This document shows, piece after piece, positions 1 to 6,988 of a stretch of DNA of 51,919 bases (the stretch's first letter is position 1; every line of letters begins with the position of its first letter). Below the pieces are notes generated by a model. The model was given only the letters and a program-made list of their open reading frames with translations. It ran no database searches and was not told the DNA's origin. Origin of the DNA: an uncultured Christensenella sp. (GTDB lineage: Bacteria > Bacillota > Clostridia > Christensenellales > CAG-138); assembly GCA_964409605.1 (NCBI GenBank), contig CAYPEV010000001.1, forward strand, positions 1 to 51,919. The letters run 5' to 3'. Both the position numbers and the translations under genes were made by a program.

Positions 1-209
1 TTCATCGCATTCCACCAACCCTGATTGCTCTCAAGCGTCAAGGTTTTTTCAGCCGACAAGCTCCATCCGTCGCCGTCGAAGGGTCCATTGAGACCGAATA
101 TATCGGTCTCGGCAAGCGAAGAAAATGGAAATAGCGAGAAGCATAATATCCCGATTAGTAGAATGCTGCATACTCTACCGAGTATGCGTTTGTAAGTACG
201 TCTCAACAT
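1..209 (-). CDS. Exported protein of unknown function, N-terminal part only (runs off the window start)
   Basis: Open-ended minus-strand frame absent from the ORF track. ATG at 209-207 with GGAGAGG about 10 nt upstream. Translates MLRRTYKRILGRVCSILLIGILCFSLFPFSSLAETDIFGLNGPFDGDGWSLSAEKTLTLESNQGWWNAM..., i.e. basic n-region, hydrophobic core and an SLA/E cleavage-like site. No stop before position 1. Overlaps the 3' end of the upstream gene by 35 nt. Confidence 0.45.
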   Translation of the reverse strand, partial: MLRRTYKRILGRVCSILLIGILCFSLFPFSSLAETDIFGLNGPFDGDGWSLSAEKTLTLESNQGWWNAM

Positions 210-1797
210 TTTCTTGTAACCTCTCCGGTGTCACTCGGTTCACTTGATATAATGTGGAATCTTCGCCGTTGCTGTTTGTTGTACTCTCTCTTAGCGGAAC
301 AATTTGCACAGTATCCCCTGCTTCAATCATTAGTTTGATATCATCAAGTTTTCCGATATAAATTGCCGTGTGTTTTATTGTTCCAGATTCATCGCCCCTC
401 CAGAAAAGGGTATCACCAATCTGTAATTTTATTTGATCAAAGGAGGTTCCGCCTTCAACATTCCATATTTTTATTGAGTCATTTATCTGATATCTTGCTC
501 CTTTACCAATCCCGTATTTCCCCCATTCTGGATTAATTTGAGCAATAGCCCATCGAACGAAGCCTTGACAATCAATCCTGATGCCCGGTTCCTCTCCCTG
601 CGCTGCCGGTTTGTTGTATCCTAGCCCCATAAGCCGCATCGCCTCTCTCACCAACTGCGCTCCGAAGCTATCATCTTCCGGCGGGATTAAATCACCAATC
701 GGAATATACGCTTTCACTTTTTTGTCGTTTACTATTGTTTCAATATAAACCGGCTTAACACACATGTTATAGAATTTCCGCACTGCCTGATCATAAAACT
801 CCTGAACCTCGCCTTTGCGAACGGACCCATCCTCAAGAGCAGTGTAATAATTGTTTATCGCTTCTTGATAAAGCAAATCCTTATACCCGTTGTTTGTATT
901 CTGCATGAAAAGTTCCCATTCTTCTTTGTTTAGGACGTCCGACTGCATCGTTCCAAGCTCGGGCAGAATGGGTTTCGTCTTTCTGTTCGGGTCGGCGACA
1001 TCAATAAGAATCTTGTAAGTCGTTCCCTCCGGGGGCGTTGTTTGTGTAGCGATGATGCGCGCCGCATCATATGTGATCTGTTTCAGGCTGTCTGGCGTTA
1101 GAACACCGTCCAACGCCTGTTGCGTAAGCTTTAACCGAGCAAACCCAACAACGTTCTGTTGCACCGGCGTCAGATTCGCCAAATCCAGATCAATTCTGGT
1201 CAATACATCATTCAGAAATGTGTTGCCCCGGGCTATTTCATTATGTACCCGTTGCTCCTCACGCAGCGTTTGCGCATCTGCTTTCATGAAGGGTTTTGTG
1301 TCGTTATAGGTACGCGTAGATGATGGCTTTCTCAAAGCATTCTGTTCTGTTTTAAGCGTTTTCGCATCGGCTCCCGTGAATATTCCACTCGCCTTGCTAT
1401 TCCCCTCATCTGAATTCGTCGCCGTTGTAGTTGGCTTGCCTTGCGCGACGAGATCTCGCATTGTGGAGTTTGTATTGAGTAGCCTCCACTGTTCTTGCTT
1501 TGTTAAGTCCGTTTTCGAAATGGCCTTCTGCTGTGCAGCCGTCCTCATGCTTTCCCAGTTGTCAACAGGGAAGTCAGGCGGTAACTTTCTTGCAATATCT
1601 GCGTCCGTCTGCAGCATCCCGTCAGGCATAGAGTCGCGTTTTGCCGCCTTTTGTTTGAGCATCAATTGCTCTGCTTTTGCGGCAGCATTTGTCGCCGTTG
1701 CGCTGCCACCCGGCTTGGACAATTTCGCGGCCGCTTTCAAGGCTTTGACCAACCTATCTTCTTCATAAGCAGTGGGATTCGTAAAATCGTTTTTCAT
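175..1797 (-). CDS. NlpC/P60 (C40) family cell-wall hydrolase with a long unrelated N-terminal region; no signal peptide
   Basis: 540-aa ORF. The C-terminal ~130 aa carry the NlpC/P60 catalytic pattern (IDCQGFVRWAIAQ ... KHTAIYIGK). AAAGGA lies 8 nt upstream of the ATG. AT-rich codon usage differs from the rest of the window. Confidence 0.85.
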   Translation of the reverse strand: MKNDFTNPTAYEEDRLVKALKAAAKLSKPGGSATATNAAAKAEQLMLKQKAAKRDSMPDGMLQTDADIARKLPPDFPVDNWESMRTAAQQKAISKTDLTKQEQWRLLNTNSTMRDLVAQGKPTTTATNSDEGNSKASGIFTGADAKTLKTEQNALRKPSSTRTYNDTKPFMKADAQTLREEQRVHNEIARGNTFLNDVLTRIDLDLANLTPVQQNVVGFARLKLTQQALDGVLTPDSLKQITYDAARIIATQTTPPEGTTYKILIDVADPNRKTKPILPELGTMQSDVLNKEEWELFMQNTNNGYKDLLYQEAINNYYTALEDGSVRKGEVQEFYDQAVRKFYNMCVKPVYIETIVNDKKVKAYIPIGDLIPPEDDSFGAQLVREAMRLMGLGYNKPAAQGEEPGIRIDCQGFVRWAIAQINPEWGKYGIGKGARYQINDSIKIWNVEGGTSFDQIKLQIGDTLFWRGDESGTIKHTAIYIGKLDDIKLMIEAGDTVQIVPLRESTTNSNGEDSTLYQVNRVTPERLQENVETYLQTHTR

Positions 1798-1802
1798 ATT
1801 GA

Positions 1803-1832
1803 GTATCCTTTCTTTTTATTAAAAAAGGATAC
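1803..1832 (-). promoter_or_regulatory. Perfect 9-bp inverted repeat (GTATCCTTT / AAAGGATAC) whose 3' arm on the minus-strand RNA contains the hydrolase Shine-Dalgarno
   Basis: The inverted repeat was read directly at 1803-1811 and 1824-1832. On the minus strand the 1811-1803 arm reads AAAGGATAC, which contains the SD and lies 5 nt before the ATG at 1797. Confidence 0.4.
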
Positions 1833-1959
1833 CCCCTATGAAACCCCCAAAATTCTTACAATTCCCCTTTTTCGCAATTCCGATAATGCAGAAACGCAAA
1901 ACGCGCATTTTTTTCATTATACCGAACATTCGTTCTGAATGCACGCTCTATTTTTGTAG

Positions 1960-1989
1960 AAAAAAGGACGAAACGCAGCGCGTTTCGCC
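1960..1989 (-). terminator. Rho-independent terminator of the permease/thioredoxin-like operon
   Basis: Minus-strand GGCGAAACGC-GCT-GCGTTTCGTCC hairpin followed by TTTTTT, about 100 nt after the permease stop at 2094. Confidence 0.7.
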
Positions 1990-2093
1990 TTGGATTGATT
2001 TGTTTCTTTGGTTTGTTTTGCCCGGGCGCTCTGTTCAAACGTGCTTAAAGCAGAGCTTGCCGAAGCGGCCGTGTATACTTGCCGAAAAGGGCC

Positions 2094-2693
2094 CTATTTC
2101 CCCTGCTCCGCGTCGTTCAGCATATAGATTTCTGCAATGCCCTTTTGCCCGAGCGCACGGTCGGTGATAAACGCAATCAACGGTATACCCACAAGGCTGA
2201 GCCCAAGCCGCACAAGCGTGAACGTCAGGCCCATGCTGGACGCCTCAAACGCAAGCAGCGGGATCTTTGTCGTCGACCATGCGCCGATGAAGATCAGCAC
2301 ATTCATCAGGCTGCTGCCTTTTCTGAGCATCACCGCTGCAAACGGAAACGCTGCGTAAAGCGGGCCTGCCGCGGCGGAACCAAGCAGAAATGCGATCAGA
2401 ACGCCCTTGAATCCCGATCCCTTGCCGGTGTATTTCATCATGGTCGCCCGGTCGACCCAGACGTCCAGCAATCCCAGCAGGACAAAGATCGGCGGCAAAA
2501 CAGAGATCATCTCCTTGAAGCTGCCGAGTGTGTTGTTAAGCGCGGCCTTTCCGAGATCGGGCAGGATCAAACCCGCGGCAGCGCCGGCAATCAGCAGGAG
2601 AAAGAACGCGCCATAGCGCTTGAGAAACGGTTTCTGCGGCGCGTTCTGCGTTTTTTCGCCGCCCGCCTGCGTATTTTTCTGTGCTTCGTTCAT
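2094..2693 (-). CDS. Permease, second subunit of a two-gene membrane permease (COG0701/ArsP-like by resemblance)
   Basis: 199-aa multi-TM ORF. Its start overlaps the upstream stop as ATGA (2690-2693), suggesting translational coupling. It sits downstream of a thioredoxin-like redox-active disulfide protein, a context I recall for these permeases. Confidence 0.65.
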   Translation of the reverse strand: MNEAQKNTQAGGEKTQNAPQKPFLKRYGAFFLLLIAGAAAGLILPDLGKAALNNTLGSFKEMISVLPPIFVLLGLLDVWVDRATMMKYTGKGSGFKGVLIAFLLGSAAAGPLYAAFPFAAVMLRKGSSLMNVLIFIGAWSTTKIPLLAFEASSMGLTFTLVRLGLSLVGIPLIAFITDRALGQKGIAEIYMLNDAEQGK

Positions 2694-3169
2694 GCGAACA
2701 CCACCCCCATCACAACCGCGACCACAAAGGAGAAGAGAAACGCGGCTATGTTCCGCGTGAGCGTCGCCTTCAGGCCAAACGTCTTTCGCTCGATCGGGAT
2801 CGTGATGATGCCGACCATCATCAGCGTCGAGACAAACGCGGCAAGCTGCATATATCCCGCCCCGCTTTTGAGCAGCGCCGCCGCCAACGGAAACGCGACA
2901 AACCCCGGCATCAGCGTCACGGAGCCGATCAGCGCCGCAACGATCACACCCAGAAACCCGCTCTCCGCACCGAGCAGTTTTTGTATCGCCTCCGGCGGAA
3001 AGATCGCAAGCGCAAACCCGATAACCAGGAATATTGTCAAAAGCTGCGGCAGGATGTTCTCAAATGACTTCCAGGCTTTCATCAGTGCGGCCCCGGTCTT
3101 CTTGCGGTCCTTGAAAAAGGAAACCGCGAGACCGATTATCGCGAGTCCATAGAGTATGTAGGTAAACAA
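2690..3169 (-). CDS. Permease, first subunit of the two-gene membrane permease
   Basis: 159-aa hydrophobic ORF (about 4-5 TM), coupled by an ATGA overlap to the next ORF. Confidence 0.65.
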   Translation of the reverse strand: MFTYILYGLAIIGLAVSFFKDRKKTGAALMKAWKSFENILPQLLTIFLVIGFALAIFPPEAIQKLLGAESGFLGVIVAALIGSVTLMPGFVAFPLAAALLKSGAGYMQLAAFVSTLMMVGIITIPIERKTFGLKATLTRNIAAFLFSFVVAVVMGVVFA

Positions 3170-3191
3170 TGCGCGTTCCTCCGCCGGTTTT

Positions 3192-3542
3192 TTATAAATT
3201 TTCTTTCAGCAATCGCAATACATCACTCTGGTTGAGCGCACGCCCCGCCGAAACAACGCGCCCGTCGATGACCAGCGCAGGCGTGCTCATCACGCCGTAT
3301 TTCGCCATCTCGGCATAGTCCGTCACGTGGCGTACGGAGAGATTCGCGTTCATCTCGTCCAGCGCCCGCTTGACCGCCTGCTCCAGCGCGCGGCATTTCG
3401 GGCAGCCCGCGCCGAGGATGAGGATGCGCGCCGTATGCGTTGTCTGCTCCGGCTCTGCTTTCAGGTCATAATGCGGAAAATTGCCGCTGCCGAAGCAAGC
3501 GTTCTTCTCTTCTTCCAGGAGGTCTGCCTGCCGTTTCTCCAT
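3192..3542 (-). CDS. Thioredoxin-fold redox-active disulfide protein (CxxC) with an N-terminal extension
   Basis: ILILGAGCPKCRALEQAVKRAL ... STPALVIDGRVV matches the small thioredoxin_3-type family. I prefer the ATG at 3542 (AAAGGAG upstream, long 13-nt spacer). The track ORF extends to a TTG at 3584. Confidence 0.7.
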   Translation of the reverse strand: MEKRQADLLEEEKNACFGSGNFPHYDLKAEPEQTTHTARILILGAGCPKCRALEQAVKRALDEMNANLSVRHVTDYAEMAKYGVMSTPALVIDGRVVSAGRALNQSDVLRLLKENL

Positions 3543-3713
3543 ATTATTCTGTAAACTCCTTTTCGTCTGTTGTTTTTCCCACAAAAATCATGTGTGCAAT
3601 TCAATCGTGCTGAAAGCGCAAGTGGACCGGAATAGAGCTTCCTTGCATGATGATAAAGTTTATGTCGATGTTCCGGTAAAAGTCAATAGGATATGTCACA
3701 GACGAAATTCCAA

Positions 3714-3738
3714 CAAAAAACCGCCGGATATCCGGCGG
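3714..3738 (-). terminator. Rho-independent terminator of the feo operon
   Basis: Minus-strand CCGCCGGATATCCGGCGG perfect hairpin followed by TTTTTTG, 11 nt after the small ORF stop. Confidence 0.8.
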
Positions 3739-3748
3739 AAAGAACCCA

Positions 3749-3910
3749 TCATCTTCTTTTCGCGTGTTCCTCGCACCGCTCGGCTGCGCCGCAGCCCGCG
3801 CAGCCGCCGCAGCACGATGTACCCGCGCGCTTCCTTCGCACGGAGCGCCGAACGGCGCAAAACAAGATAAGCGCAACAAGTGCGAGAACGACGTAGTCTT
3901 CGACGCGCAT
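3749..3910 (-). CDS. FeoB-associated Cys-rich small membrane protein (53 aa)
   Basis: Not in the ORF track (below 60 aa). The ATG at 3910 directly abuts the feoB stop (3913-3911). Translates MRVEDYVVLALVALILFCAVRRSVRRKRAGTSCCGGCAGCGAAERCEEHAKRR: one TM, then a basic stretch, then a CCGGCxGC motif. This is the typical layout of the small protein that follows feoB in Firmicutes. Confidence 0.75.
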   Translation of the reverse strand: MRVEDYVVLALVALILFCAVRRSVRRKRAGTSCCGGCAGCGAAERCEEHAKRR

Positions 3911-5914
3911 CTAGAACAATCCTCCGATCTGGTACGCCGCAAACGCGACAATCCACGCGACCGCGCACTGCAGCACCACCACGCCAAGCGTCGCCCAGCC
4001 GGACCTCAGCTCCTTGCGAATGGTCGCCACCGCGGCGACACAGGGCGTATACAGCAGCGTAAAGAGCAGGAAACTCACGGCGGAAAGTGTCGAAAAAAGG
4101 GTTGGCAGCGCGAGATGCAGCTCCGCAATCCCCGTGCCGAGCAGCACGGAAAGTGTGCTGACCACGGCTTCCTTTGCGACAAAGCCGGAGATCAGCGAGG
4201 TTGCAACCCGCCAATCCGCAAAGCCCATCGGCCGGAAGATCGGCGCGATTACGCGTCCGATCATCGCAAGCAGGCTGCTCGCGCTGTCCTGCACCACATT
4301 CAGCCGCAGATCGAACGTCTGCAAAAACCAGATGATCACGCTCGCGAGCAGAATGATCGTAAACGCGCGCTCCAGAAAATCCTTCGCTTTTTCCCAGAGG
4401 AGAAGCAGCACATTCTTCGGCGAAGGCATGCGGTAATTGGGCAGTTCCATCACAAACGGCACGGGCTGCCCGCGAAACACCGTATTCTTGAGCAGGAGCG
4501 CGACGAGGATGCCGAAGAGCATGCCCGCAGCGTAGAGCCCCGTCATCACGAGCGCCTGATTGCGCGCGAAGAACGCCGCGCAGAACACCGCATAGATCGG
4601 AATCTTCGCCGAACAGCTCATGAACGGCGTGAGCAGGATCGTCATCTTCCGGTCGCGGTCACTCGCGAGCGTACGCGTCGCCATGATCGCGGGAACGGAG
4701 CAGCCAAAGCCGATCAGCATCGGCACAAAACTGCGGCCGGAAAGCCCGATCTTGCGCAGCAGGCGATCCATTACGAACGCCACGCGCGCCATATAGCCGG
4801 TATCCTCCAATATGGAAAGAAAGAAGAACAGCGTCACGACGATGGGCAAAAAGCTCAGCACGCTGCCGACGCCGGCGAAGATTCCGTCGACCACGAGGCT
4901 CTTCACCACGGGATTGATGCCATAAGCGGTCAAGCCGCGGTCGACCAGCGCGGTCAGCGCGTCGATGCCGGCGGTCAGCAGATCCGAAAGCGAGCTGCCC
5001 ACGACGTTGAACGTCAGCCAGAACACGAGGAGCATCACGCCGAAGAACACGGGCAGCGCCGTATATTTTCCCGTGAGAATTTTATCGATCCGCACGCTTC
5101 TGAGGTGTTCCCTGCTCTCGCGGCTCTTGATGACCGATGTCGCAACCACGCCTTCGATGAATGTATAGCGCATATCCGCAAGGGCCTCGTTGCGTTCAAA
5201 CCCCGTCTCGCGCTCCATTTCCAGTACGCTGTGTTCGATCAGCTCCAGCTCGTTCTGGTCGAGCTCCAGCCGTTCGGAAAGCGGCTGATCGCCTTCGATC
5301 AGCTTTGTCGCGCAAAAGCGCGCCGAAACGCCGATGGCGCGCGCGTGGTCTTCGATGACGTGCGCAACGGCGTGGATACAGCGGTGCACCGCGCCGTCCG
5401 GACAAAAATCCTGCACCGTCGGGATTGCGCGGCGCTTCACCGCGTTCATCGCCTGATTGACCAGTTCGGATACGCCCTCGTTCTTTGCAGCCGCAATGGG
5501 TATGACCGGCACGCCAAGCTGGCGGCTCATGCGCTGAACGTCGATCGAGCCGCCGTTATCGCGCACTTCGTCCATCATATTGAGTGCGACGACCATCGGG
5601 ATCCGCAGTTCCAACAGCTGAAGCGTGAGGTACAGGTTTCGTTCGATATTCGTCGCATCGACGATATTGATGATGCCGTCCGGCTTACCATCCAGTATGA
5701 AATCACGCGAGACGATCTCCTCCTGCGTATACGGACGGATGGAATAGATGCCCGGCAGGTCTACAACCTCAGCGTCCTTTACCCCGCGAATCTCTCCGCT
5801 TTTTTGATCCACCGTCACGCCCGGAAAGTTTCCGACACGCTGATTGGACCCCGTAAGCACATTGAACAGCGTCGTCTTGCCCGAGTTCTGGTTTCCCGCA
5901 AGCGCAAATATCAT
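3911..5914 (-). CDS. feoB: Ferrous iron transporter FeoB
   Basis: 667 aa. The N-terminal G-domain reads MIFALAGNQNSGKTTLFNVLTG...GNFPGVTV, followed by a polytopic membrane domain. GAGGGAGA RBS. Confidence 0.97.
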   Translation of the reverse strand: MIFALAGNQNSGKTTLFNVLTGSNQRVGNFPGVTVDQKSGEIRGVKDAEVVDLPGIYSIRPYTQEEIVSRDFILDGKPDGIINIVDATNIERNLYLTLQLLELRIPMVVALNMMDEVRDNGGSIDVQRMSRQLGVPVIPIAAAKNEGVSELVNQAMNAVKRRAIPTVQDFCPDGAVHRCIHAVAHVIEDHARAIGVSARFCATKLIEGDQPLSERLELDQNELELIEHSVLEMERETGFERNEALADMRYTFIEGVVATSVIKSRESREHLRSVRIDKILTGKYTALPVFFGVMLLVFWLTFNVVGSSLSDLLTAGIDALTALVDRGLTAYGINPVVKSLVVDGIFAGVGSVLSFLPIVVTLFFFLSILEDTGYMARVAFVMDRLLRKIGLSGRSFVPMLIGFGCSVPAIMATRTLASDRDRKMTILLTPFMSCSAKIPIYAVFCAAFFARNQALVMTGLYAAGMLFGILVALLLKNTVFRGQPVPFVMELPNYRMPSPKNVLLLLWEKAKDFLERAFTIILLASVIIWFLQTFDLRLNVVQDSASSLLAMIGRVIAPIFRPMGFADWRVATSLISGFVAKEAVVSTLSVLLGTGIAELHLALPTLFSTLSAVSFLLFTLLYTPCVAAVATIRKELRSGWATLGVVVLQCAVAWIVAFAAYQIGGLF

Positions 5915-6149
5915 GTCCGTCTCCCTCTTCCTTCGCGAGCGAAATATTCCGCGCGTCGTCCTTTCGCAGCGTCAGCTCATAGCCGCGCACGCAGATCTCG
6001 ATCGGGTCGCCCAGCGGCGCCATCTTGACCATGGTGACTTTTGTCTTTGGAATCAACCCCATATCGAGGAGCCGAAGCCGCAGCGCGCCTTCGCCCCCGA
6101 CTGCGGTGATGGTTCCTGTATGTCCGATTTTCAGTTCGTCCAGCGTCAT
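5769..6149 (-). CDS. feoA: FeoA family protein (the canonical ~78-aa domain plus a ~46-aa tail that overlaps feoB)
   Basis: MTLDELKIGHTGTITAVGGEGALRLRLLDMGLIPKTKVTMVKMAPLGDPIEICVRGYELTLRKDDA is a typical FeoA SH3-like domain. The frame stays open to 5769, which is 146 nt into feoB. Confidence 0.8.
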   Translation of the reverse strand: MTLDELKIGHTGTITAVGGEGALRLRLLDMGLIPKTKVTMVKMAPLGDPIEICVRGYELTLRKDDARNISLAKEEGDGHDICACGKPELGQDDAVQCAYGVQSACRKLSGRDGGSKKRRDSRGKGR

Positions 6150-6230
6150 GTGTCCGCTCCGTGTCTCTGCCCGCGTCCAGGATGCGCGCCGGTTTCCGGC
6201 GCGAAAGATCCGTTTTACCGACGCAGGCAG

Positions 6231-6249
6231 TTAGAATTCTCTAACTTAG
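6231..6249. promoter_or_regulatory. Candidate DtxR/IdeR-type iron box
   Basis: TTAGAATTCTCTAACTTAG compared with the recalled consensus TTAGGTTAGCCTAACCTAA: right half 7/9, left half 5/9. It contains the inverted repeat GTTAGA-ATTC-TCTAAC. It lies just downstream of the predicted feoA -10 and next to a DtxR-family gene. Confidence 0.45.
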
Positions 6250-6256
6250 CGATAGG

Positions 6257-6285
6257 AGTCTACTGCTTCTGCCCGCGCTTGTCAA
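6257..6285 (-). promoter_or_regulatory. Predicted sigma-70-type promoter of feoA-feoB
   Basis: Minus-strand TTGACA, 17-nt spacer, TAGACT. Confidence 0.5.
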
Positions 6286-6373
6286 TCCCCCAAATTTTTT
6301 GTTTCCGCGTCTTCGTTTGCCCTGCCTCTGCCGGCAGGTTGAAAGCCGGGGAAGCGCCTTGTTTGATTTCAAC

Positions 6374-6402
6374 TTGAAATAAATCCGTCCGGGGTGTAGC
6401 AT
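6374..6402 (+). promoter_or_regulatory. Predicted promoter of the DtxR-family gene
   Basis: TTGAAA, 17-nt spacer, TAGCAT. The -35 is the right half of the palindrome TTTCAA-C-TTGAAA (6367-6379). Confidence 0.4.
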
Positions 6403-6427
6403 AGAGAAATGAAGCGGAGGTGCGCAT

Positions 6428-6799
6428 ATGCAGGTTAACGAATCCATCGAAGATTATTTGGAACAAATTCTGATTCAGCAGGAAAAAAACGGCTGCGCGC
6501 GCTCCGTAGACATCGCCATGAGCCTCGGCGTCACCAAAGCGAGCGTCAGCCATGCGACGAAGCTCCTGCGCGAAAACGACTATATCCACATGGCAGATGA
6601 TAAGTGCATCACGCTGACGGACAGTGGGCGGGAGATCGCGGAGCGCATGTATCAGCGGCACCGCGTACTCGCGCAGTTTCTGATGCGCCTTGGCGTGCAG
6701 GAGACAACCGCGTTTGCGGATGCCTGCCGCATCGAGCACGATATCTCCGCGGAAACCTTCGCCGCCATCTGCCGCCACGCGGAAAAAGGCTGGAAATAG
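6428..6799 (+). CDS. DtxR/MntR-family metal-dependent transcriptional repressor
   Basis: 123 aa. SIEDYLEQILIQQEKNGCARSVDIAMSLGVTKASVSHATKLL is the winged HTH, followed by the dimerisation/metal helix HRVLAQFL...IEH. GGAGG RBS. Confidence 0.9.
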   Translation: MQVNESIEDYLEQILIQQEKNGCARSVDIAMSLGVTKASVSHATKLLRENDYIHMADDKCITLTDSGREIAERMYQRHRVLAQFLMRLGVQETTAFADACRIEHDISAETFAAICRHAEKGWK

Positions 6800-6836
6800 G
6801 TGTTCCTTTCCCTTTGGGAAACAGACAAGCGCATTT

Positions 6837-6870
6837 GGGGCTGCCCCTCGGCAGCCCCTTGATGTTCTAT
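6837..6870 (+). terminator. Probable terminator of the DtxR-family gene
   Basis: GGGGCTGCC-CCTC-GGCAGCCCC hairpin followed by the moderately T-rich TTGATGTTCTATT. Confidence 0.5.
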
Positions 6871-6891
6871 TCGATTCAACTATAGAGAAGT

Positions 6892-6988
6892 TTACCCCTG
6901 GAAGTCGTCTCCTCCACTGAATATGTCGCAGGCTATCTTTTTTAAAGATAGACCCCATCAAATTACCCCTGGAAGTCGTCTCCTCCAC
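6892..6988. repeat. 26-bp perfect direct repeat (6892-6917 and 6963-6988) duplicating the last codons and stop of ftsQ, flanking a 45-bp spacer that contains a hairpin
   Basis: TTACCCCTGGAAGTCGTCTCCTCCAC was read identically at both positions. The spacer contains CTATCTT-TTTTA-AAGATAG (6933-6951). Confidence 0.9.

Noticed and set aside
2094-3169. Split permease as a frameshifted pseudogene
   Set aside because: The two halves meet at a clean ATGA stop/start overlap and the second has its own N-terminal hydrophilic head. This looks like a native two-gene arrangement rather than a disrupted single ORF, although this was not verified against homologues.
3764-6028. 754-aa plus-strand ORF antisense to feoB
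   Set aside because: Same reasoning: Arg/His/Asp-rich nonsense composition opposite a clearly genuine FeoB, and no RBS.
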